This document shows, piece after piece, positions 6,959 to 14,776 of a stretch of 33,913 nt of DNA (positions are counted from its first letter, which is position 1; every line of letters starts with the position of its first letter). The notes below the pieces were generated by a model. It saw nothing but the letters and a program-made list of their open reading frames with translations. It had not been told where the DNA came from and ran no database searches. Made by a program: the position numbers and the translations under genes. Source of the stretch: a bacterium (GTDB taxonomy: Bacteria > Planctomycetota > B15-G4 > JADJEK01); assembly GCA_030428825.1 (NCBI GenBank), contig JAUIEL010000002.1:1-33913 (forward strand). The letters run 5' to 3'.

Positions 6959-9256
6959 ATGGCCTTCCGCGCGCTGCTGCGCGTCGAACGGCGCGAGCTG
7001 TTCCGGAACCGGCGTCGCTCGCGGCTGGTCGCGCTCCTCGTGGCGATCCCGGTCGCCGGGATCGTCGGCGGCGCCACCGTCTGGCGGAACGCCGAGCCGA
7101 ACGTCGACGAGCGGCGGACGCGCGAGATGGGGGCCGCCGACCTGCGGGTCGACCTCGGCGCGGCGGATGCGCCGGACGACCTGACGGCGGAGCTCCCGCC
7201 GGGGGCGAGGGTCGAGACGCTGCGGCTCCGGCCGGAGACGCTCCGCCACGCCGGGAGACGCCTCCGCGCCCGCGCGATCGCCGCCGACCCGGACGGGCTC
7301 GCGCGAGGGATGCTCCGGATCGTCGAGGGGCGGGCGCCGGCGCGGCCCGGGGAGATCGCGCTCGCGCCGGTCCTCCGCGACGGACTCGGCGCCTCGCTCG
7401 GGGCGTCGGTCGCGACCGAGGACGGCGAGCGGACCGTGACCGGGGTCGTCGTCGATCCGGCGTCGCTCGAGCTGCCGGTGGCGCTCCTCCCCGCCGCGGC
7501 GGCCGGGCCGTTCCGGGACCGCGCGCTCCTGGTCGCCGCCGGCGGCGCCGACGCGGCCGGGCGAACGGCGGCCGCGTTGCGCGGACGGGGACTCCGCGTC
7601 GTCGAGCGGACCTCGATCCGGCCGCCGGACCGGTTCGGCCCGACCGTGGTCTTCCTCGTCGGCGGGATCGGACTGTTCGAGGCTGCGCTCGTGATCGCGG
7701 CGGCGTTCGCGGTCGGGCTCCGTCGGCGGCGACGGGAGATCGGGCTCCTCCGCGCCACCGGGGCGTCCGGCGTCCTCGTCTGCGGTGCGGTCGGACTCTC
7801 GGCGGCGGCGGTGGCCGCGGTCGGGGGCGCGGCCGGCGCGTCGCTCGGTCTCCTCGCGGCGGCGGCGGTCCACCCGTTCCTCGACGCCTGGGTCGGGCAC
7901 GAGTGCGGGCGATTCGACGTGGCGGCCGAGCACGTGGCGGGAGGCGTCCTGCTCGGGATCGTCGCGGCGACGCTCGCCTCGCTCCCGCCCGCGGTCGCGG
8001 CGACGCGGCGATCGATCCGCTCGGCGCTCGGCGGCCGTCGTCCGGCGGCGTCCGCGCGGTCGCGGGGCCCGCTCCTCGGTCTCGCGATGGCCGGCCTCGG
8101 CGCGGTCGTGGTGGCGATCGGCGCGCGGACGGGCGGCGCGGCCGGGGCGACGGCGCTCCTCCTCGGGGCGGCGACGGTGTTCCTCGGCTTCGGCGTCGCG
8201 TCGCCGGGGCTGCTGGCGGGGATCGCCCGCCTCGCGGGGCCGTTGCCGCCGGCGTGGCGCCTCGCGGTCCGGGACGCCGGTCGCTTCCGGACGCGGAACG
8301 GTCCGGTCGTGACCGCCGTCCTCGCGGGGATGGCGCTCTGCGTCCTCCTCGGGGCGCTCCTCACGAGCATCGAGGCGCGGATCGCCCGCGCGCGGCCGCC
8401 GCTGCGCGCCGATCGTCTCGTCGTCGCGGGGCCGGCCGCCGAGGAGGTCGCGCGGGCGTTCGCGCGGGAACACGACGCCCCGGCGCCGATCGCCGCTTAC
8501 GCCGCGTGGGTCGACGGCGCCCCGGTCGTCGTCTCCGACGGAGGTCGGTTCGGCGCGTGGCTCGCGGTCGGGGACGCCACGTCCCGCGTCGCCCTCGATG
8601 CGTCCGCGGAGCCGAGCGACGTCGAGGTCGAGGCGGCCGGCGGACGTTCGCTCGGCAGGTTCACGGTCCGTCGCGTGCCGCGGCGCGCGCACGCCGACCC
8701 GGCGGCGGTGATCGATCCGGAGTCCGCCGCGGCGCGCGGGCTGGAACGCGGGCCGCCGCCGGAGTTCGCCCTCGCGCCGTGGATCGTCACGCTCGACGAC
8801 GACGTGACGGAGGAGACCGCCGAAGACGCCCGGGCGGCGGCCGCCGCGCACGCGGGTACCTCGGTCGACGCCGCGATCCTCCATCGCCGGCCCGTCCGGC
8901 CGTTCCTGCGGCTCGTGCTCGCCGTCTGCCTCCTGACCGGCCTGATCGTGGTCTTCGTCGCGACCGCGCTCTCCTCGGCCGAGGCGGCGGAGGACGCCCG
9001 GATCCTCGACGCGGTCGGCGCGCCGCCCGCGCTCCTCCGGCGCGTGTCGGCGGCGCGCGCGGCGACGTTGGCCGCGGTCGGCGGCGTCCTCGCGGTCCCG
9101 GCGGGGCTCCTGCCGGCGCCGGGGGTCCTCTCGATCGCGAAGCTGCCGCTCGCGTTCGAGGTGCCGTGGACGGAGGTCGCCGCGGCGACGCTCCTCCTCC
9201 CCGCCCTCGCGTACGCCGGGGCCTGGATCGCCGCGCGCCCCGGGGCCCCGGCCTGA
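6959..9256 (+). CDS. FtsX-family ABC transporter permease with a duplicated FtsX module
   Basis: This is the real part of ORF 6800..9256. The ATG at 6959 begins MAFRALLRVERRELFRNRRRS, which is typical of MacB/FtsX permeases; an alternative start is the GTG at 6947, which overlaps the upstream stop. There are two blocks of 3-4 TM helices, each preceded by a large loop. The second block contains DARILDAVGAPPALL. Confidence 0.85.
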   Translation: MAFRALLRVERRELFRNRRRSRLVALLVAIPVAGIVGGATVWRNAEPNVDERRTREMGAADLRVDLGAADAPDDLTAELPPGARVETLRLRPETLRHAGRRLRARAIAADPDGLARGMLRIVEGRAPARPGEIALAPVLRDGLGASLGASVATEDGERTVTGVVVDPASLELPVALLPAAAAGPFRDRALLVAAGGADAAGRTAAALRGRGLRVVERTSIRPPDRFGPTVVFLVGGIGLFEAALVIAAAFAVGLRRRRREIGLLRATGASGVLVCGAVGLSAAAVAAVGGAAGASLGLLAAAAVHPFLDAWVGHECGRFDVAAEHVAGGVLLGIVAATLASLPPAVAATRRSIRSALGGRRPAASARSRGPLLGLAMAGLGAVVVAIGARTGGAAGATALLLGAATVFLGFGVASPGLLAGIARLAGPLPPAWRLAVRDAGRFRTRNGPVVTAVLAGMALCVLLGALLTSIEARIARARPPLRADRLVVAGPAAEEVARAFAREHDAPAPIAAYAAWVDGAPVVVSDGGRFGAWLAVGDATSRVALDASAEPSDVEVEAAGGRSLGRFTVRRVPRRAHADPAAVIDPESAAARGLERGPPPEFALAPWIVTLDDDVTEETAEDARAAAAAHAGTSVDAAILHRRPVRPFLRLVLAVCLLTGLIVVFVATALSSAEAAEDARILDAVGAPPALLRRVSAARAATLAAVGGVLAVPAGLLPAPGVLSIAKLPLAFEVPWTEVAAATLLLPALAYAGAWIAARPGAPA

Positions 9257-9314
9257 TCGCTCGAACGACTCGACCCGCTCTCGGAACCGCCCTCTCCCCA
9301 CCGTCGGAGACGCC

Positions 9315-10781
9315 ATGTCCCTCGCCCGTCGTTCCGTCCCGTCTTCGCCCGCGTCGCGGGCGCTCGTCCTCCCCGCGCTCGTCGCCGCCTTCCTGGCGCC
9401 GCCGTCCGTGGCGTCCGATCTCGACCTCGAGCCGCGGCCGATCGCGTCGCGCGACGGTCGGACGTACGAAGCCGAAGTCGGTCGGATCGAGGTCCCGGAG
9501 AACCGGAGCGACCCGGAGAGCCGGACGATCTCGCTCGCGTTCGTGCGGGTGAGGTCGCCGCTCGCCGATCCCGGTCCGCCGGTCTTCGTGCTCGCCGGCG
9601 GGCCGGGCGGATCGAGCATCGCCGAGGTCGAACGGCACGTCACCGGCGGCGGGCGGATGTACCTGGAGCTGCTCGGCGGCGACGTGATCGGCGTCGACCA
9701 GCGCGGGGTGGGGGAGTCGCGGCCGAACCTCGACACCGACGCGCGGTTCGACCTGCCGCTCGAGGAGCCCGGCGACCCGGCGCGGAGGCTCGAGGCGATG
9801 CGCGCGGCGTGCCGGGAGGAGGCGGCGCGATGGCGCGCGGACGGCGTCGACCTGGACGGGTACACCACCGTCGAGTCGGCGGACGACGTCGACGCCGTCC
9901 GGCGCGCGCTCGGGTACGAGAAGGTGTCGCTCTGGGGCGCGAGCTACGGAACGCACCTCGCGCTGGCGACGATCCGGCGGCACGGGGAGCACGTGGCGCG
10001 CGCCGTGCTCGTCGGACCGGAGGGGCCGGACCAGACGAACAAGCTGCCGAGCGCGACTCAGGCGGGGCTCGAGCTCCTGGCCGCGAAGGTGAGGGCGGCC
10101 CCCGGGCTGGGGGAGGTGATCCCGGATCTGGTCGGCCTCGTCCGGACCGTGCTCGACCGGTTGGAGGAGGCGCCGGTGTTCGTCGAGGTCGACGGGTTGC
10201 GCGTCGGCGTGAGCGCGTTCGACGTGCGCCGGTGGATCGCGAACCACATCGGGCTCGTCCACGACGCCGCGGTGAAGGTGCCGGCGAACGTGGTCTGGAT
10301 GGCGGAGGGAGACTTCGACGCGATCGCGCGGGACCTGCTCGACGAGCGGCGCGACTGGAGGATCGGATCGGCGATGTCGTGGGTGATGGACGCGGCGTCC
10401 GGGAGCAGCGCGGCCCGCACGGCGCGGATCGCGCGCGAGGCGGAGGAGTGCCTGCTGCGGGACGCCGTCAACTTCCCGTTCACCGGCCTCGGCGACGCGT
10501 GGGGGGCGCCCGACCTCGGCGACGCGTACCGGGGCCCGCTCCGCTCGGAGGTGCCGATCCTCTTCATCGCCGGAGACCTCGACTCGCGGACGCCGGTCAC
10601 GAACGCGCAGGAGCTGATGGAGCACCTCCCGAACGCGCGCCTGATCACGGTCGAGAACGCGGCCCACGACGTGAACTGGGTGCAGAAGGAGCTGCGGGAG
10701 GCGTGGGGGGCGTTCCTGGCCGGCGACGAGCCGACGATCACCCGGGTCGTCGCCCCGCCGATCCGTTTCGTCCGGCCGTGA
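9315..10781 (+). CDS. secreted alpha/beta hydrolase (prolyl/tripeptidyl aminopeptidase-like, S33-type)
   Basis: ATG at 9315 with GGAGA 4 nt upstream. Signal peptide (ALVLPALVAAFLAPPSVAS). Oxyanion region VFVLAGGPGGSS. Nucleophile elbow GASYG (VSLWGASYGTHLA). C-terminal block PILFIAGDLDSRTP..ENAAHD supplies Asp and His. Confidence 0.85.
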   Translation: MSLARRSVPSSPASRALVLPALVAAFLAPPSVASDLDLEPRPIASRDGRTYEAEVGRIEVPENRSDPESRTISLAFVRVRSPLADPGPPVFVLAGGPGGSSIAEVERHVTGGGRMYLELLGGDVIGVDQRGVGESRPNLDTDARFDLPLEEPGDPARRLEAMRAACREEAARWRADGVDLDGYTTVESADDVDAVRRALGYEKVSLWGASYGTHLALATIRRHGEHVARAVLVGPEGPDQTNKLPSATQAGLELLAAKVRAAPGLGEVIPDLVGLVRTVLDRLEEAPVFVEVDGLRVGVSAFDVRRWIANHIGLVHDAAVKVPANVVWMAEGDFDAIARDLLDERRDWRIGSAMSWVMDAASGSSAARTARIAREAEECLLRDAVNFPFTGLGDAWGAPDLGDAYRGPLRSEVPILFIAGDLDSRTPVTNAQELMEHLPNARLITVENAAHDVNWVQKELREAWGAFLAGDEPTITRVVAPPIRFVRP

Positions 10782-10783
10782 GA

Positions 10784-10808
10784 GGGGGGGCGGGGGAGGG
10801 GCGGGGGG
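10784..10808 (+). other. G-quadruplex-forming motif (four G-runs with 1-nt loops)
   Basis: The sequence is G7-C-G5-A-G4-C-G6, read directly at 10784-10808. It begins 3 nt after the hydrolase stop codon. Confidence 0.5.
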
Positions 10809-10900
10809 ATCCGGCCGAGATCGGCCCCCCGGGCGCGATGGTTCCGTTATAAGGGGGTCCCCGCCCGCGCGAGCGAAGCGGGTCGGCTCAGCCATCTCGC

Positions 10901-10936
10901 CGCACCACCCGCACCCATCGCACCCACCGCACCCAT
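10901..10936 (+). repeat. four tandem 9-nt repeats (CGCACCMYY) in the 5' region of the downstream secreted-protein gene
   Basis: The units are CGCACCACC, CGCACCCAT, CGCACCCAC, CGCACCCAT. They end 5 nt before the AGGAG Shine-Dalgarno of the ATG at 10952. Confidence 0.6.
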
Positions 10937-10951
10937 CGGATAGGAGCCCGC

Positions 10952-11887
10952 ATGTTCGCCTCGAGAACCCGTGTCCCGTTCCTGACGGCCGGAGCCCTGC
11001 TGCTCGGCCTCGCCTCCACGACCTCCGCCGGCGTCGTCCACGACGAATCGAGCGACGGGGACCTCTCGGGGAACCCGGGCGCGCCGACCCCCGTCGCCTT
11101 CGAGGTCGGGACGAACACGGTGATCGGGACCGTCGTGAACACGAGCGCGCGCGACTACTTCACGTTCACGCTCCCGGCGGGGAGCGTCCTCACGGCGATC
11201 CAGCTCGTGACGTACCAGTTCCCGAACGGCAACCCGGGGAACACGGGATACCACTGCCTCGCGTCCGGCTCGACCAGCTTCACGCCGAACCTGGCCAACG
11301 CCGCGCTCTTCCTGGGCGGCGCTCACGTCTTCGGCTTCCAGGGCGGGACCGACATCCTCCCGGGTCTCGCCACCGCGGCGCAGAACGGCAGCGGCTTCTC
11401 CCTGCCGCTCGCGTCCGGGACGTACACGTACGAGATCCAGCAGACCGGTCCGGAGGTGACCGACTACCAGCTCGACTTCGTCGTGGAGTGCGTCGGCGCG
11501 GCCGCGGCCGTGCCGTACGGCGCCGGGAAGCCGGGGACGAACGGTGTCCCGGTCCTCTCCTCGACCGCGCCGCCGGTGCTCGGCGGGCTCTCCGACCTGA
11601 CGATCTCGAACGGCCTCGCCGGCGCCGGTCCGGTCCTCCTGTTCGTCGGCTTCTCGTCGACGTCGCTCCCGTTCGACGGCGGCGCGCTCCTCGTGAACCC
11701 GTCGCTGACGCTGACGCTCCCGCCGCTCGGCCCGGCCGGCAGCCTGACCCTCCCCGCGCCGCTCCCGCCCGACCCGACGCTCTGCGGACTCTCCCTCTTC
11801 ACGCAGGCGATGTACGCCGACCCGGCCGCCGGCGGCTTCAACCAGAGCGCGCAGACGAACGGTCTGCAGTGGACGTTCGGGAGCTGA
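10952..11887 (+). CDS. secreted protein: N-terminal DGDLS/PPC-like beta-sandwich domain plus an unnamed C-terminal domain shared with 17475..18386
   Basis: AGGAG lies 5 nt upstream. Signal peptide (LTAGALLLGLASTTSAG). The N-domain motifs SSDGDLSGNPGAPTPV..GTNTVIGTV..ARDYFTFTLPAGSVLTAIQL..GTYTYEI resemble the domain common in PEP-CTERM-type secreted proteins. I see no PEP-CTERM tail. Confidence 0.7.
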   Translation: MFASRTRVPFLTAGALLLGLASTTSAGVVHDESSDGDLSGNPGAPTPVAFEVGTNTVIGTVVNTSARDYFTFTLPAGSVLTAIQLVTYQFPNGNPGNTGYHCLASGSTSFTPNLANAALFLGGAHVFGFQGGTDILPGLATAAQNGSGFSLPLASGTYTYEIQQTGPEVTDYQLDFVVECVGAAAAVPYGAGKPGTNGVPVLSSTAPPVLGGLSDLTISNGLAGAGPVLLFVGFSSTSLPFDGGALLVNPSLTLTLPPLGPAGSLTLPAPLPPDPTLCGLSLFTQAMYADPAAGGFNQSAQTNGLQWTFGS

Positions 11888-11918
11888 CCGTCCCGCGCGG
11901 ACCCGCTCGAACGTGATC

Positions 11919-11950
11919 GGGAGGCCGTCGGCCCGCGCCGGCGGCCTCCC
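11919..11950. terminator. bidirectional hairpin terminator between convergent genes
   Basis: GGGAGGCCGTCGG-CCCGCG-CCGGCGGCCTCCC forms a 13-bp stem (one G:U) with a 6-nt loop. It lies between the stop at 11887 (+) and the stop at 11965 (-). There is no U-tract, as is common in high-GC genomes. Confidence 0.55.
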
Positions 11951-11964
11951 GTCGCGTCTCGCGC

Positions 11965-12303
11965 CTACTCGTCGACCGCGATCGCGGTCAGCTTCACGTG
12001 GCCGGACATCTTCGGGTCGAACTCGGCGTCCCGGTGGGTCTCGGCCCGGAAGGTCGGGCTCTTCCCTTTCTCGACCGTCCCGACGTAGACGACGTCGTAC
12101 GCCTTGTCCTCCCGCTCGTGGTCGGACGTCGTGCGGACGCGCCGCACCTGCTTCCCGTCCATCGTCAGGACCGCGTCGAACCACGCGGCGTCGTTCGTCT
12201 TCCGGACGTGGGCGATCGCGTACACGACGCGCTCCCGATTCGACTCGGGGAACGACACCGACGCGGAGTTCGTCCCCTCGTCGCTCTTGATCTGGAAGCT
12301 CAT
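11965..12303 (-). CDS. small hypothetical protein (112 aa), no signal peptide
   Basis: This is the real C-terminal part of ORF 11965..13647(-). The ATG at 12303 is preceded by GAGGAG. Composition is normal and Lys/Asp/Glu-containing (MSFQIKSDEGTNSASVSFPESNRERVVYAIAHVRK...), unlike the Arg/Ser-rich upstream part of the ORF. Family not recognised. Confidence 0.6.
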   Translation of the reverse strand: MSFQIKSDEGTNSASVSFPESNRERVVYAIAHVRKTNDAAWFDAVLTMDGKQVRRVRTTSDHEREDKAYDVVYVGTVEKGKSPTFRAETHRDAEFDPKMSGHVKLTAIAVDE

Positions 12304-12679
12304 CTGGATCTCCTCGGCTGGATGAGTTCGGAAGGGAGAGACCGTGTCCTCCCCGGCGTCGCTCCTGGAAACGACGGAGTCGCGGTCGGTCCGCCAGGAT
12401 TCGCCGGTCCGCCGGCCTCCCGGATCGCACCGCCGTTCGGTCCGGACGGTGTCCGACCCGAGGACTGTCCTCGACCGGGCCCGACACGCTTGCCGGCGGC
12501 CGATGGTCGAGCGGAGCGGGACGGGCAGGTGGCGGGTGCGCTCGGTCCTGGTCCGGACGCGGCGAGGTCCGGGGTTCGGAAGCGAGCCGTTCGGAACGAC
12601 TTCGGAGGGTCGTTCGGTCGGCGGTCGACGCACGGGCAACCGGCGCGCGAGAAATCCGTTCGAATGGTGGAGCCCGACC

Positions 12680-14755
12680 ATGACGCACGACCTCGACACC
12701 CTCCTGCGCGAGCGCTTCGGCCTCGACGCCTTCCGCGACGGACAGCGGGAGGCGATCGAGGCGCTCCTCGAGCACGGCCGGCTGATCTGCATCCAGCCGA
12801 CCGGGCACGGGAAGTCGCTGCTGTACCAGTTGCCGTCGCTGCTGCTCGACGGGATGACCGTCGTCCTCTCCCCGCTCCTCGCGCTGATCCGCGACCAGAC
12901 GCGCCAGCTCTCCGAGCGGTTCGGCATCCCGGCCGGGGCGATCCACTCCGACCAGTCGGAGGAGGAGAACGAGGAGATCGTCCGGCGGGCGAACGCCGGC
13001 GCGCTCCGGATCCTGTTCGTGGCGCCCGAGCGGCTGGAGAACCTCGACGGCTTCCAGTTCGTCACCGGGCTGCCGGTCGACCTGCTGGTGGTCGACGAGG
13101 CGCACTGCATCTCGACCTGGGGGCACGACTTCCGGCCCGCGTACCGGTGGATCGTGAAGGCGGCGCACGAGCTCGAGCGCCGGCGGCCCGAGCTTCGGGT
13201 GCTCGGCCTCACCGCGACCGCCGACGAGCGGGCGGAGGCGGACATCGCGGCGCAGTTCGAGGGGCTCGGCGGGAGGAAGGCGACCGTGCTCCGCGCGTCG
13301 ACCGACCGGCCGAACCTCGCGCTCTCGGTGATCGGGACGATCGGGCTGGAGGAGAAGCTCGCGCGGCTGGCGCGGCTGTTCGAGTCCGGCGACGACGGCG
13401 ACGGCTCGGCGCTCCTGTACTGCGCCACGCGCGAGCGGACCGAGGTCGCGGCGGGGTTCCTCGCCGCGCGCGGCGTCGACGCGACGGCGTACCACGCCGG
13501 GATGCCGCCGGAGGTGAAGGCGGAGCGGCAGCGCGCGTTCTTCGCCGGCGAGCGGCGGATCGTGGCCGCGACGAACGCGCTCGGCATGGGGATCGACAAG
13601 CCGGACATCCGGACGATCGTCCACGTCGACGTGCCGGGGTCGATCACCGCGTACTACCAGGAGGTCGGCCGGGCCGGCCGCGACGGTCTCCCCGCGCGCG
13701 GGGTCCTGCTGTTCGATCCGCACGACCGGGCGATCCAGGAGTACTTCATCCGCTCGGCGCAGCCGTCCGAGGACGACTTCGCGAAGGTGCTCCTCGCGCT
13801 CGACCCCGAGGTCGCGCCGCCGAACCGGACCGAGATCGGCGTCCGCTCCGGTCTGCATCCGACGAAGGTGACCGTCGTCCTCGCCGAGCTGCGCGAGCAG
13901 GGGTTCGTCGAGAAGGTCCGGGACGGGAGGCGGCAGGTGTACGTCCCGACCGCGCGCGACGGCGCGCCCGACCTCGGGCGGTACCGACGACAGCTCGAGG
14001 TCCGGACCGACGAGCTCCGCGCGATGCTCGCGTACGGCGAAGGACGGACCGGCTGTCTCATGAAGACGCTCCGGGAGGCGCTCGGCGACCGACGGGCGGA
14101 CACGTGCGGCCGGTGTTCGACGTGTCGGCCCGACGCGGGGGACCCGGCGCCGCTCGCCGATGAGGAGCGGGTCGGGGCGCGGCGATGGATCGTCGACCGC
14201 GAGCTCCTGATCGCGCCGACCCGGACGCCGCGGATGACGGCGGGGCTCACGCTCATCGACGGCGAGGTCCGGTCGCCGATGTTCGTCGACTTCATGCGCC
14301 GCCGGGCCGACTCCGGGCGGGACGGGCTCGCGGACGACCTGCGGCGGCTCCTCGAGCGGCGGGTCGACGCGCTCGCCGAGCGGCACGTGTTCGTCGCCGT
14401 GGTCGCCGTCCCGTCGCGCACGTGGGCGCAGCGGACCCGGGTCGCGGAGGACGTGGCGGCGCGGCTCGGCGTGCCGGTGGTCGACGCGCTGGCGTGGGAG
14501 ACCGTGCCGGACGCGCGGCAGGGCGAGCTCGAGAACAACGACCAGCGCCGGGCGAACGTCAAGGGGCGCATGATCGCGGACCCGGACGCCCTGTCGGCGG
14601 GGCCGCTCCTGCTGCTCGACGACTACGTCGGTTCGGGGGCGACGTTGGCCGAGGCGGTGCGCGCGCTCCGGAAGGGGGCGGGGTTCGCGGACGACGTCGT
14701 CCCGCTCACGATCGCGCGCGTCCGATGGAAGCTCGGGGCGCGCGGGATGATCTGA
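12680..14755 (+). CDS. RecQ-family DNA helicase fused to a C-terminal ComF/phosphoribosyltransferase-like domain
   Basis: ATG at 12680 with GGTGGAG 7 nt upstream. RecQ motifs: FRDGQREAI (motif 0), QPTGHGKSL (motif I), VVDEAHCISTWGHDFRPAY (motif II/DEAH), LTATA (motif III), NALGMGIDKPDIR, and YYQEVGRAGRDG (motif VI). Zn cluster GCLMKTL..CGRCSTC. The C-terminus has RQGELENNDQRRANVKGRM and the PRPP-loop-like LLLLDDYVGSGATL. Confidence 0.9.
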   Translation: MTHDLDTLLRERFGLDAFRDGQREAIEALLEHGRLICIQPTGHGKSLLYQLPSLLLDGMTVVLSPLLALIRDQTRQLSERFGIPAGAIHSDQSEEENEEIVRRANAGALRILFVAPERLENLDGFQFVTGLPVDLLVVDEAHCISTWGHDFRPAYRWIVKAAHELERRRPELRVLGLTATADERAEADIAAQFEGLGGRKATVLRASTDRPNLALSVIGTIGLEEKLARLARLFESGDDGDGSALLYCATRERTEVAAGFLAARGVDATAYHAGMPPEVKAERQRAFFAGERRIVAATNALGMGIDKPDIRTIVHVDVPGSITAYYQEVGRAGRDGLPARGVLLFDPHDRAIQEYFIRSAQPSEDDFAKVLLALDPEVAPPNRTEIGVRSGLHPTKVTVVLAELREQGFVEKVRDGRRQVYVPTARDGAPDLGRYRRQLEVRTDELRAMLAYGEGRTGCLMKTLREALGDRRADTCGRCSTCRPDAGDPAPLADEERVGARRWIVDRELLIAPTRTPRMTAGLTLIDGEVRSPMFVDFMRRRADSGRDGLADDLRRLLERRVDALAERHVFVAVVAVPSRTWAQRTRVAEDVAARLGVPVVDALAWETVPDARQGELENNDQRRANVKGRMIADPDALSAGPLLLLDDYVGSGATLAEAVRALRKGAGFADDVVPLTIARVRWKLGARGMI

Positions 14756-14776
14756 CGCGCGTTCGGCCGGACGGGA

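Noticed and set aside
5981-9868. Very long ORFs in the track, including:
- 5981..9868(-) of 1295 aa
- 10847..14386(-) of 1179 aa
- 3376..6042(-)
- 769..2796(-)
- 15354..17426(-)
- 25850..28450(-)
- 28659..30692(+)
- 30545..32536(+)
- 8787..10895(-)
- 21337..22581(-)
   Set aside because: - Their Arg/Pro/Gly/Asp-dominated low-complexity translations are typical of off-frame or antisense reading of >70 % GC coding DNA.
- Each overlaps a frame that carries clear family motifs and near-saturated G/C at codon position 3.
- I saw no recognisable domains in them.
10901-10936. Possible CRISPR array or minisatellite.
   Set aside because: There are only four contiguous 9-nt units with no spacers and no cas genes. 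It is a simple tandem repeat.
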